Shown piece after piece: positions 38,295-46,670 of a DNA stretch of 64,000 nt (positions are counted from its first letter, which is position 1; each line of letters opens with the position of its first letter). A model generated the notes under the pieces. It worked only from the letters and a program-made list of their open reading frames with translations. It was not told the DNA's origin and did no database searches. The stretch covers positions 206,944-270,943 of the forward strand of contig CP141729.1 of the NCBI GenBank assembly GCA_035621215.1, read 5' to 3'. A program made the translations under genes and the position numbers. The stretch comes from Oscillospiraceae bacterium MB08-C2-2 (GTDB lineage: Bacteria > Bacillota > Clostridia > Oscillospirales > Ruminococcaceae).

Positions 38295-40937
38295 TTATCG
38301 GACTACTCTTCCGTTGGAAGGATTCAGGTTTGGGTTGTTGGTGGCGGATTCAGAGCCTGGGTTGGAAGAACCCGAGCCATTGCCGGAGGAACCAGAGCTT
38401 GAACCGGAACCCGAGCTGGAACTGTTTCCGTTACCGGATGCGGTGCTGCTTGAGGAGCTTTCTTCAACATTAGGGTCCTGCGAGGAAGAGGAAGAAGGTG
38501 TTTTCAAGGAGACTTTTTTATCTGTCAGATAATATTTGGAGGAGAATTTGACCTTATCCTTAGTGGTTCCCAGATAGTCACCCTGCTCATTATAGACATA
38601 CAGCTTTTCATCCATATCAAAGGAGGTTTTGGTGGAGGCACTGCTCAGGTTGACCTGAACCACATTATAAATTGCAACAATGTTATCGTATTTGTTGAGC
38701 ATTTTTTCATCGGCACTGGTCAAATCAGAAGTTACCTTAGCGGCGTACTTGCGGCCGTTGTACATTTTGGTGTGGAAGGAAATATTATGACCTGCATAGA
38801 TCTGAATATCCTTCAGATAAGCATTGGCTTTGGCGATTTGACCTTCGGATAAATCCACATAATCATCGCCTTCAAAAAGCTCGATAAGCTCATTGGAAAC
38901 CGTACCAGAAAGAGTTACCTCAGATTCTGTGTGGCGACGGCCATCCACAGAAAGATAAACAGTGAGTGAGAATTTGCGGTCGGAGGTAATAGCCAAGTCC
39001 TTCGCAAACTTAACCCGAACAAAGGACTTGCCGTTTTTGGAATCAACTTCAACACTGTTAATGAGGTCGGAGCCGGTTCTTTTGGTGGAACGGGCGGTAA
39101 TCTTGCCATTGCGCAGCATGGATTCGGTTACCGATACGGCCGGGGAAGGCTTGCCGTTTTTCCATTCAAAGAAGTTAGAATCAAAATCAAAGATGATATA
39201 ATCCCCCGGGCGAACCTCCAGATCATCCAGCGTTTCACCTGAACCAAGAGCACTGTCGTTACGGGTTACCACGTTGCCCAACCAAGCTCCGGAGCTGATA
39301 CCTGTGATCTTGTTGCCGCTGACTGGAACAGGGTTGCTGACAGTCAGATTGTTCATGTTGTAAGTATTGCTGGTGACAGAGCCAGACTGGAAATAGAGGC
39401 TTCTGTTGGCGGCGAAAAGGGCTCTTTTAGCGGTTAGTCTCAAGACAGCGGAACCGTCACTGGATGAAGCCGCTCTGCTCACAGAGGAACTGCCTGGAGA
39501 GACAGAAACATCGAAATCTGCGCTGTTGATTCCTTTAAGGTAAGGCTGGATCATGGCATAGGTGACTACCTTATCGCCGGTACCGGCCGACCACTGAAAG
39601 AAATTGGCAGGCAAAAGAAAGGTCATGACATCGCCAATGGCAAGGTTATTACCTAAACCATCGGTACGCTGTAAGCTGGCGCCTGCGGTGACGCCGGTAA
39701 TGGTGGGCGGTGTAGAAGGCACAGAAGCCGAGACCGTTACTGGTAAGTTAATGGTGACAGTTTGGCCATTCATAGAAGACTTACTGCCCTGGAGAGTGAC
39801 CGGTACAGTGGTGGAACCCACAGCCGCACTCGCACTGGCGGTAACCAAAAGGTTGGTGGTGTTGGGTTCAATGGAGGCGGTAAAGCCGGAAGCGGAGGTG
39901 GAAGCAGTGATGCCGTATGTTCCATTGAGGGTGGCATAGGTCAAAGCTTGGGTGGGGGTTCCCGCAAAGGTAAAGTGGCTGTTGGTCAGCGCCATGCGGA
40001 AGCTCTCGCCCTGCTTAACCGAAGAAGCAGCGGGAGAAATGTTGGATTTAAACCCGGTCATCAGGTCAGGGTTAGAAACGGTGACTGTAACCGGGAAGTT
40101 AATGGTAACGGTTTCCCCGTTCATAGCCGATTTGCTGCCCCGCAGAGTGACCTGCACAGTGGTGGAACCAACAGCCGCATTGGCAGCAGCGGTAATCAGC
40201 AGGTTGGTGGTGTTTGGCTCAATGGAGGCAGTAAAACCGGCAGCTGAAGTGGAAGCGGTGATGCCGTATGTTCCATTGAGGGTGGCATAGGTCAGAGCTT
40301 GAGCGGGGGTTCCCACAAAGGTAAAGTGGCTGTTGGCCAGCGCCATGCGGAAACTCTCGCCCTGCTTAATTGAAGCAGGGGCAGGGGAGATGTTGGTTTG
40401 AAAACCAGTCATCAGGTTAGGGTTAGCGGCTACATTTCCGGTTAGATACTGGAGAGGTGTAGCACTGGTGACAACACCTTCTGTATTGGTAATCGCCAGC
40501 TTAATAGGAATAGAAAAGTTTCGGGCAGTGGCAATTTCCTGCGATACAGTTAAATGAGCCAGCACTCTGGCATTGGCAGCACCGGGATTTTCCAGTGTGA
40601 AGGTGATACCAGAAAAAACACTGCCAAGAGTCTGTTGATCTGCAACACCTGCATTAATAAAGGCAGGTGTTGCAGAAGCATTAAGCAGATCGGCCTGAGT
40701 AATGTCGTTAGCCGGCGTGTTAAAAGCGCTGGCGCCCAGTGGAATGGTATAGGTTTGCCCGGGGGTCAAAGTGGCTACTCCAGCTGTAGCAAAGGAATAA
40801 GTGCTGGGTGTTCCTGCAACATTGGCAGAAAAGGGGGTGCCTGTTCCAGCGGAAAGAACCGGAGCTGCACTAACAGGCAGCCGGGCAAGTCCAAAAACCA
40901 GAACCACAGCCAGCATAAGTGAAAGAACACGTTTCAT
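38295..40937 (-). CDS. 880-aa secreted protein with two near-identical 114-aa Ig-like repeats and a Ser/Gly/Asn-rich C-terminal tail; function unknown (cell-surface protein)
   Basis: A signal peptide MKRVLSLMLAVVLVFGLARLPVSA is present. The internal repeat reads NP(N/D)LMTGF..NISPA...KQGESFRMAL.NSHFTF.GTP.QALTYATLNGTYGITASTS.... The C-terminus ...SSSSTASGNGNSSSSGSGSSSGSSGNGSGSS... carries no LPXTG. Confidence 0.6.
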   Translation of the reverse strand: MKRVLSLMLAVVLVFGLARLPVSAAPVLSAGTGTPFSANVAGTPSTYSFATAGVATLTPGQTYTIPLGASAFNTPANDITQADLLNASATPAFINAGVADQQTLGSVFSGITFTLENPGAANARVLAHLTVSQEIATARNFSIPIKLAITNTEGVVTSATPLQYLTGNVAANPNLMTGFQTNISPAPASIKQGESFRMALANSHFTFVGTPAQALTYATLNGTYGITASTSAAGFTASIEPNTTNLLITAAANAAVGSTTVQVTLRGSKSAMNGETVTINFPVTVTVSNPDLMTGFKSNISPAASSVKQGESFRMALTNSHFTFAGTPTQALTYATLNGTYGITASTSASGFTASIEPNTTNLLVTASASAAVGSTTVPVTLQGSKSSMNGQTVTINLPVTVSASVPSTPPTITGVTAGASLQRTDGLGNNLAIGDVMTFLLPANFFQWSAGTGDKVVTYAMIQPYLKGINSADFDVSVSPGSSSVSRAASSSDGSAVLRLTAKRALFAANRSLYFQSGSVTSNTYNMNNLTVSNPVPVSGNKITGISSGAWLGNVVTRNDSALGSGETLDDLEVRPGDYIIFDFDSNFFEWKNGKPSPAVSVTESMLRNGKITARSTKRTGSDLINSVEVDSKNGKSFVRVKFAKDLAITSDRKFSLTVYLSVDGRRHTESEVTLSGTVSNELIELFEGDDYVDLSEGQIAKANAYLKDIQIYAGHNISFHTKMYNGRKYAAKVTSDLTSADEKMLNKYDNIVAIYNVVQVNLSSASTKTSFDMDEKLYVYNEQGDYLGTTKDKVKFSSKYYLTDKKVSLKTPSSSSSQDPNVEESSSSSTASGNGNSSSSGSGSSSGSSGNGSGSSNPGSESATNNPNLNPSNGRVVR
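39747..40430. repeat. Tandem duplication (2 x about 342 bp, about 90% identical) inside the 880-aa gene
   Basis: The nucleotide blocks (...gtgatgccgtatgttccattgagggtggcataggtca...) are seen twice. The track's + strand ORFs 39604..39939 and 39952..40290 give near-identical antisense translations. Confidence 0.8.
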
Positions 40938-41398
40938 TTTGATGTACCTCCTTTAAAGTCGGATCATTCATTGATGGAAAGGCAGGCTGACCGGTTGATA
41001 AAATGTCTGAACTCAATTAGCGGGCGCAGCTGCCTGTTCTTGTGTGAGAGTATCAACTGTACTATCATAATTATAACACATACCTTTTGTGATTTCAAGG
41101 AGAATGGAAAATACTTGTGCCTGCAACTTTCTACACTGGTTAATTTATTCTATCATAAAATTCTGGAAAAATCCTGCAAATGATCTCGAATTGATGCGGA
41201 AAGTGCACTCAAAAACAGTTTTTTTTTCGTATTGTAAAGGTCATCTGAAAATGCTAGAATATGATTACTTGAATTGTGCCAAAGAGAAACAAAAATAATT
41301 TCCTGTGGGTATTGCGTGAGGTGCCGTTTACTGCGAGAATCTCTGTGATATCCCGCATTGTATTTCTTGCTTATACCTTATTATATAATAGAGAAGGG

Positions 41399-41719
41399 AT
41401 GTCGGGTGATATGAACAATACCGCTATAGAAAGCAATATGGAAAATCCCCATTCGAAATATGTTCTGATTAATGCATACGACGATATTGTAAAAACAATG
41501 GTCAGGCAGTTTATGGATAAAACAGAAATGTGCCGTTGTGAGAAATGCTTTTTGGATGTGTGCGCCTTGGTTTTTAACCGCCAATACACACATTTCGTCA
41601 CCACCCGGGAGGGGGCGCTGCTGGCAAAGGTTCCCGAAATGAATCACGGCAATCGGGTTGAAATGACCGTTGTGGTTATGGACGCTATTCGTATCGTGAA
41701 AAATTTCCCCAAACACTGA
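41399..41719 (+). CDS. ComFB-like family small protein (Cys-cluster CRCEKC), a possible cyclic-dinucleotide-binding regulator
   Basis: MSGDMNNTAIESNMENPHSKYVLINAYDDIVKTMVRQFMDKTEMCRCEKCFLDVCALVFNRQYTHFVTT... has the CxC..C plus ...L(N)..P.Y pattern characteristic of ComFB. The start is uncertain (41399 or 41411). Confidence 0.45.
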   Translation: MSGDMNNTAIESNMENPHSKYVLINAYDDIVKTMVRQFMDKTEMCRCEKCFLDVCALVFNRQYTHFVTTREGALLAKVPEMNHGNRVEMTVVVMDAIRIVKNFPKH

Positions 41720-41940
41720 TAAGGAAATTGCTTAGATATCGCTTGGCGCAGGCCTTTGTGAAGGTTCTGCGATTTTTACTGTCATTTTGATGAAAATAAT
41801 TCATATATTTTTATAGGAATACAGTTGACAATCCCACGGTTTATTGGTATATTTTAGAGGAAGATTTATACCATACTAAAAAACAGTACTTTAAGCAGAG
41901 CAAATTTTGTGCAGGTGTCTTGAAGGAGAGGGGATTTATT

Positions 41941-42516
41941 ATGTCAGCAGTTGGGGCAAAAATTAAGAAAATCCGCAAGCAGCGGAAAATGACATTACAG
42001 GATCTGGCCAATTTTACAGGCCTTTCCGTGGGTTATCTTAGTAATTTGGAACGAGATTTGACCAACCCGACACTGATCAATCTTCAGCAGATTTGTGATG
42101 CTTTGCAGGTAAATGTAGTGGATATTATCAGCCAAACCAGCGGCGAAACCGTGGTTCGGCGTGATCAGCGGCAGGAGTTGTTTGTCCCCAATTCCAGCAT
42201 CCGGTATCAGCTTCTCACAGCGGGCCGTCATTCCATGCGGGGAATGAGCGTGATCATTGATGCAGATAATTCCGATGAAGAAATCCTTTGGGGGCATTTT
42301 GAGGATGAAATGCTGATTGTTCAGAAGGGTTCCTTGGAAATTGAATTTGGCGGCGAGCAGTACATATTGGAGGAAGGGGATTGTGCTTATATAGCACCCA
42401 ATACTCCTCACAAAATCCGTAAGCATGGGGCCGGGGAGTGTACCTTCCTTTGGGTGATCAGCGATCCCAAGGCCTACTCTCTTGAAGAGAGTGCTTATCA
42501 GTTGGTAACTAAGTAA
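41941..42516 (+). CDS. XRE-family HTH transcriptional regulator with a C-terminal cupin domain
   Basis: The HTH is MSAVGAKIKKIRKQRKMTLQDLANFTGLSVGYLSNLER. The cupin part is ...GDCAYIAPNTPHKIRKHG.... A GAAGGAGAGGGG RBS is present. Confidence 0.75.
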   Translation: MSAVGAKIKKIRKQRKMTLQDLANFTGLSVGYLSNLERDLTNPTLINLQQICDALQVNVVDIISQTSGETVVRRDQRQELFVPNSSIRYQLLTAGRHSMRGMSVIIDADNSDEEILWGHFEDEMLIVQKGSLEIEFGGEQYILEEGDCAYIAPNTPHKIRKHGAGECTFLWVISDPKAYSLEESAYQLVTK

Positions 42517-42595
42517 GGTTTAATGAGTATAAATGAACAACTGGTATAGTGGTGGTCACACCCCACTGTACCAGTTGTTCGCTTCTGTGGATGCG

Positions 42596-42638
42596 AAGAC
42601 CATGTCTGCCCGGTCAAAAGGCAGGCATGGTCTTTTTT
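42596..42638 (+). terminator. Intrinsic terminator (aagaccatgtctgcc...ggcaggcatggtcttTTTT) between convergent genes; a second long hairpin lies at 42535..42580
   Basis: Read directly from the sequence. Confidence 0.6.
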
Positions 42639-42659
42639 AGAAAATTTTATTGCAGGGTA

Positions 42660-44114
42660 TTAACGGCCCCGCCAAAAGTTTTGAATCCCGGCAGTATCGG
42701 GATCGGTGGGGTCGGGTGTGACACCGATGTATTTGCAGGTCTCATGAAGAATGGGAGACAGCTTGCCGTATGTACCTGCCGTATGATGGACATAAGGCCC
42801 GTAGACCAGCTTTTCTTCCCACGCAACCCAATCGTTCACCTCAAACCAGCTGTAGGTTCCGGTGGTGGCGGGGCCTTCCACGCTTTTCCCCTGCCCCATC
42901 AACAGGCTATACTCGCCATGATCGCCGTCAAAGCGGCAAATGGTCATGTCTTCGTCTGTGCGCAGTTCAAAATAGCTTTTGCCCGGGGAGGGAGTAGCGG
43001 CCGGAATGTTGCGTACGGTACAGGCAGCGGGGTCCTTGGCCATACAGGGCGGGAAATTGCCGCAGTGCCAAAGAAGCTCAGCATTGGGATTGGTCGGGTG
43101 GCGAATGGTCAGATCGGCAAAGAAAACAGGGTCGGTATAAAGCCCAGCGGCCTGCATCAGGCGGGAGCTGATGGCACCGTGAATATCCATCTCGCAAACG
43201 ACCGGGATGCCGGTTTGGCCCACATAGCCGTTAACAGCGCAGGCCGAAATTCCCATAGCCGCCTGAAAAGCATCCCAGCAGCTGGTGGCTACAGCGTTGC
43301 AGTGGTATTTGCTGCAAAGAGCCTGCAAAGCCAGATAATAGGCCGCCATGTTTACAAGATCGTCATCATTTACCCCCACCGGTGTGGTAAGCTTGCTTAT
43401 AAGGGAAACCGTTTCGGCAATTTCATCCGGAGCAGTCTCTTTGAGTTCTTGGCTTGCTTGCTGCAGTTCCACCAGAGTAATGGGGAATACCCGGATGCCG
43501 AACCGTTCCAGCAGCTCACCTTCGTTGCAGATTACCGTCCAGAAGGCTTCTGGGCGGGTGCCGATCTGGAGAATTTTGGTTTCCTTGAAAGCTTTGACTG
43601 TGGCACAAACACTCACAAAGGCTTTATAACCCCGCTCCAGCACATCGCTTTCCAAAGGGGCGTTTGGCAGATAGGTGAAAGGAACGTTGACACGCCGCAG
43701 CGCTTTGCCGGTGGCGAACAGCCCGCATTGGGTATCACGGGCCCGACCAACGGAGGATATTTTAAAATCGATAGGGGTGGAAGGGTCGTTATCCTGCGGG
43801 CCCCATACCAGCACCGGTACATTCAAGCGGGATGCCACATATACAATGCTGGATTCACTGCCGAAGTTGCAGTGCGGCACAAAGAGACCATCCACACCTT
43901 CACGGCGAAACTTCTCTGTCACTGCAATGGCGCCATCTTCGGTTTCCAGCAGGCCCTGCTGGGTTACATCGTCAATATCCACGATTTCAACAACATCCTG
44001 CAGCCATCCGCTAATTTGCTGCAGAATGGTTTCACGCAGCTCAAAGGTTTCTGGATGGTTGAAGATATCGCGTTTTGTCGGAGCAAACCCGATTTTAATT
44101 CGGTCTCGTTTCAT
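42660..44114 (-). CDS. L-fucose/L-arabinose isomerase family protein (sugar isomerase)
   Basis: The 484-aa product begins MKRDRIKIGFAPTKRDIFNHPETF.... Its overall size and blocks (...VVCEMDIHGA..., ...HCGNFPP...) fit the FucI-like fold. Family-level call only. Confidence 0.5.
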   Translation of the reverse strand: MKRDRIKIGFAPTKRDIFNHPETFELRETILQQISGWLQDVVEIVDIDDVTQQGLLETEDGAIAVTEKFRREGVDGLFVPHCNFGSESSIVYVASRLNVPVLVWGPQDNDPSTPIDFKISSVGRARDTQCGLFATGKALRRVNVPFTYLPNAPLESDVLERGYKAFVSVCATVKAFKETKILQIGTRPEAFWTVICNEGELLERFGIRVFPITLVELQQASQELKETAPDEIAETVSLISKLTTPVGVNDDDLVNMAAYYLALQALCSKYHCNAVATSCWDAFQAAMGISACAVNGYVGQTGIPVVCEMDIHGAISSRLMQAAGLYTDPVFFADLTIRHPTNPNAELLWHCGNFPPCMAKDPAACTVRNIPAATPSPGKSYFELRTDEDMTICRFDGDHGEYSLLMGQGKSVEGPATTGTYSWFEVNDWVAWEEKLVYGPYVHHTAGTYGKLSPILHETCKYIGVTPDPTDPDTAGIQNFWRGR

Positions 44115-44317
44115 TGGTATCCTCCCCTTATGTATTGTTAATCTTTTAGTTTAAGGAACAATATCAAGATATGATAAAACTCCTTTTTTTCCAGTGTATA
44201 GTAAATTCAAGTCTAAAACAATAGATTAATATAGTAAAACTTAGATTTATTGTTATTTTAGCGTATTACCCAAAGTGGATTACCAAAATTTGGAAGTCTT
44301 TTTGAAAATGAAAAAAC

Positions 44318-44575
44318 TTGTTTGTGCATAAAGAATTCACCGATACAATGTCCACTGAACAAATGCGTTTATTGTTCGACAGGCATTATATAAAACAGGG
44401 GGTAGATGAAAATTATCCCCTCTACACACAAGCTGTTGGCAAATCTACACGGACGATGTATAATATATACTCAAATAGATTGAAAACCAAAAAGGTTTTC
44501 AATTATCGGGTAAAACCCAAAACGTTATTCAACTATAAAGATAACGGCATGGCTTTTGAGACTTTGTGTGCCTAA
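44318..44575 (+). CDS. Hypothetical small basic protein
   Basis: The 85-aa ORF is immediately upstream of the membrane protein gene. Coding status is uncertain. Confidence 0.3.
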   Translation: MFVHKEFTDTMSTEQMRLLFDRHYIKQGVDENYPLYTQAVGKSTRTMYNIYSNRLKTKKVFNYRVKPKTLFNYKDNGMAFETLCA

Positions 44576-44605
44576 TTCTAACATTTTATCAACATAAGGG
44601 GGAAT

Positions 44606-46120
44606 TTGGTGGAATTCAGCTTTTCCCAATTGGTGCTGTATCTGGCGGCCTACAGTGTTATAGGTTGGATTTGCGAAACCATATATTGTTCGGTGGGTCA
44701 GCGCAAATTTATCAACAGGGGCTTTTTAAATGGCCCTTATTGCCCCATTTATGGTGTGGGCGGTGTGATCATTTTAGCCGTTACACAACCTTTTGCACCG
44801 TGGCCTCCATTGGTTTTTGCGGCGGCCATGGTGGCGGCCAGTATTTTGGAGTACTTCACCAGCTGGCTGATGGAGGAAATGTTTCAGATACGCTGGTGGG
44901 ATTATTCCCATATGCGCTTTAACCTGCGGGGCCGTATCTGCCTGCTGAATTCGCTGCTTTTTGGCGGAATGGGTCTTGCAGCTGTCTATTTGCTGCATCC
45001 TTTGGCAAGCGGACTCATTGGGAAAATACCCAGCGACATCCAAAGGGTTGTGGCTTCGCTGGTGGTTGTGGTATTTCTATGGGATTTGCTGGTCACCCTC
45101 AATGGATTGCTGGGGCTTTCTCAGAGTATGAAAAAGCTGCGGGAATACTTTGCCGGGCTGGAACTTCACGATATTTCACATACCTGGTATAACCGGCGGG
45201 ATTTAGCAGCCAGCGTTGCCCAGCTTTATAAGCTGCTGCAAAAGGAGCCGGAAAACAAAACCCTGGCCAAGATTCAGGGACAGCTTGAAGATTTAATTGG
45301 CTGGGGACACATTCAGAGCCGGCGGTTTGTCAATGCATTCCCCTATATGACAGTCAGCGGTTTGGGCAGAACAGCAGAAAGCCTGCGCCAAAGCTGGGAG
45401 CATCATAAGGAGAAAACTGCCGCTGGCGGCGGTCTGCGCCGTATATTGCGCCGGAAGGCACGGCAGGGTGCCTCGGTGTTTACCCGGGAGCTGAACGTTT
45501 ACAGGCTGACTTGGGTTTTTGTGGTAGCCTGTGTGCTGGGTTATTTTATTGAAACGGTTTATTGCCTTGTGACCACCGGCGTTATTGAAAGCCGTCAGGG
45601 TATGCTTTATGGGCCGTTTAATCAGGTGTATGGCTTCGGTGCGGTGCTGATGGCTGTTTTGCTGACTCCTCTGGCCAAAAAGAATGACCGGTGGGTCTTT
45701 ATGGGAAGTGCTTTGATCGGGGGCGCTTTCGAATACCTTTGCAGCTGGCTGCAGGAGAAAATGTTTGGCGCTGTTTCGTGGGATTATTCCTCCCATCATC
45801 TTTCCATTGGCGGAAGAACCAGCATAACCTTTATGTTTTTCTGGGGAATATTGGGGCTTGTTTTTATTAAAGCCATCTATCCAAGGCTTTCCCACGTTAT
45901 TGACCGAATTCCCAAGCGGCAGGGGCGGGTTATGATCTCGATTCTGGCTGTTGCCCTGAGCATCAACATGCTTTTATCCGGGCTGGCGGTTTATCGTTGG
46001 ACTGAGCGGCTCTACGGCCAACCGGCGGATACATGGCTGGGCCATTTTCTGGATCGGCAATATCCGGATTCTATGCTGGAAGAAGTCTATCCCAATATGT
46101 CCAGGGTGGAAATAGAATAG
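44606..46120 (+). CDS. Polytopic membrane protein with two tandem CmpB/DUF1113-like ('putative ABC-transporter type IV') modules
   Basis: The halves are internally duplicated: ...GWICETIYC...GPYCPIYGVGGVIIL...WWDYS... and ...GYFIETVYC...GPFNQVYGFGAVLM...SWDYS.... Confidence 0.6.
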   Translation: MVEFSFSQLVLYLAAYSVIGWICETIYCSVGQRKFINRGFLNGPYCPIYGVGGVIILAVTQPFAPWPPLVFAAAMVAASILEYFTSWLMEEMFQIRWWDYSHMRFNLRGRICLLNSLLFGGMGLAAVYLLHPLASGLIGKIPSDIQRVVASLVVVVFLWDLLVTLNGLLGLSQSMKKLREYFAGLELHDISHTWYNRRDLAASVAQLYKLLQKEPENKTLAKIQGQLEDLIGWGHIQSRRFVNAFPYMTVSGLGRTAESLRQSWEHHKEKTAAGGGLRRILRRKARQGASVFTRELNVYRLTWVFVVACVLGYFIETVYCLVTTGVIESRQGMLYGPFNQVYGFGAVLMAVLLTPLAKKNDRWVFMGSALIGGAFEYLCSWLQEKMFGAVSWDYSSHHLSIGGRTSITFMFFWGILGLVFIKAIYPRLSHVIDRIPKRQGRVMISILAVALSINMLLSGLAVYRWTERLYGQPADTWLGHFLDRQYPDSMLEEVYPNMSRVEIE

Positions 46121-46186
46121 CTGTGTTTTTTGAAAGTTGGCCTTAAATTGTTCTGCGGCAAACCGTTAAGAAGGAGCTTGAATACT

Positions 46187-46579
46187 ATGAGTAAAATTCG
46201 TCAGTTTTTATCCAGTAGGTATGGATCCGATCAGCTTTCGGTAGCACTGGCTATTACAGGCTGTGTCTTTATCCTCATGAACCGGCTCTCTGGCTGGCTA
46301 TGGGCATCTGTGGTGGCGTGGCTGTGTTTAGCGGCCTGCATTGTGAGGATGCTTTCCAATAATCCGGTTAAGCGCCGGGCAGAAAATCACCGGTTCCTGA
46401 ATTGGTGGGTAAAGGTTGCCTCTTTCTGGAAGCTGCGCCTGCGTATGGTTAAGGAATGGAAAACACATCGCTATCTGCGGTGCCCCGCCTGCCATCAGCA
46501 GCTCCGGGTGCCTAGGGGAAAAGGCAAAATCAGCATTACCTGCACCAAATGCCGCCATGCTTTTGTAAAGAAGGTATAG
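46187..46579 (+). CDS. Small membrane protein with a C-terminal zinc-ribbon (CPxC...CxxC)
   Basis: MSKIRQFLSS... is followed by two TM helices and ...RCPACHQQLRVPRGKGKISITCTKCRHAF. A GAAGGAG RBS is present. Confidence 0.5.
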   Translation: MSKIRQFLSSRYGSDQLSVALAITGCVFILMNRLSGWLWASVVAWLCLAACIVRMLSNNPVKRRAENHRFLNWWVKVASFWKLRLRMVKEWKTHRYLRCPACHQQLRVPRGKGKISITCTKCRHAFVKKV

Positions 46580-46670
46580 CATATATTTCTCGAAGCAAAG
46601 CTCAGAAAATAGCACAAAAAGCCCTGCGAATTCTTGGTTGGAGGAATTCGCAGGGCTTTTTGCAGGATTT

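Noticed and set aside
39604-40290. Two similar + strand ORFs of 111-112 aa
   Set aside because: They are antisense readings of the 342-bp tandem duplication inside the 880-aa gene.
42549-44141. 530-aa + strand ORF
   Set aside because: It is antisense to the FucI-like isomerase gene and its composition is low complexity.
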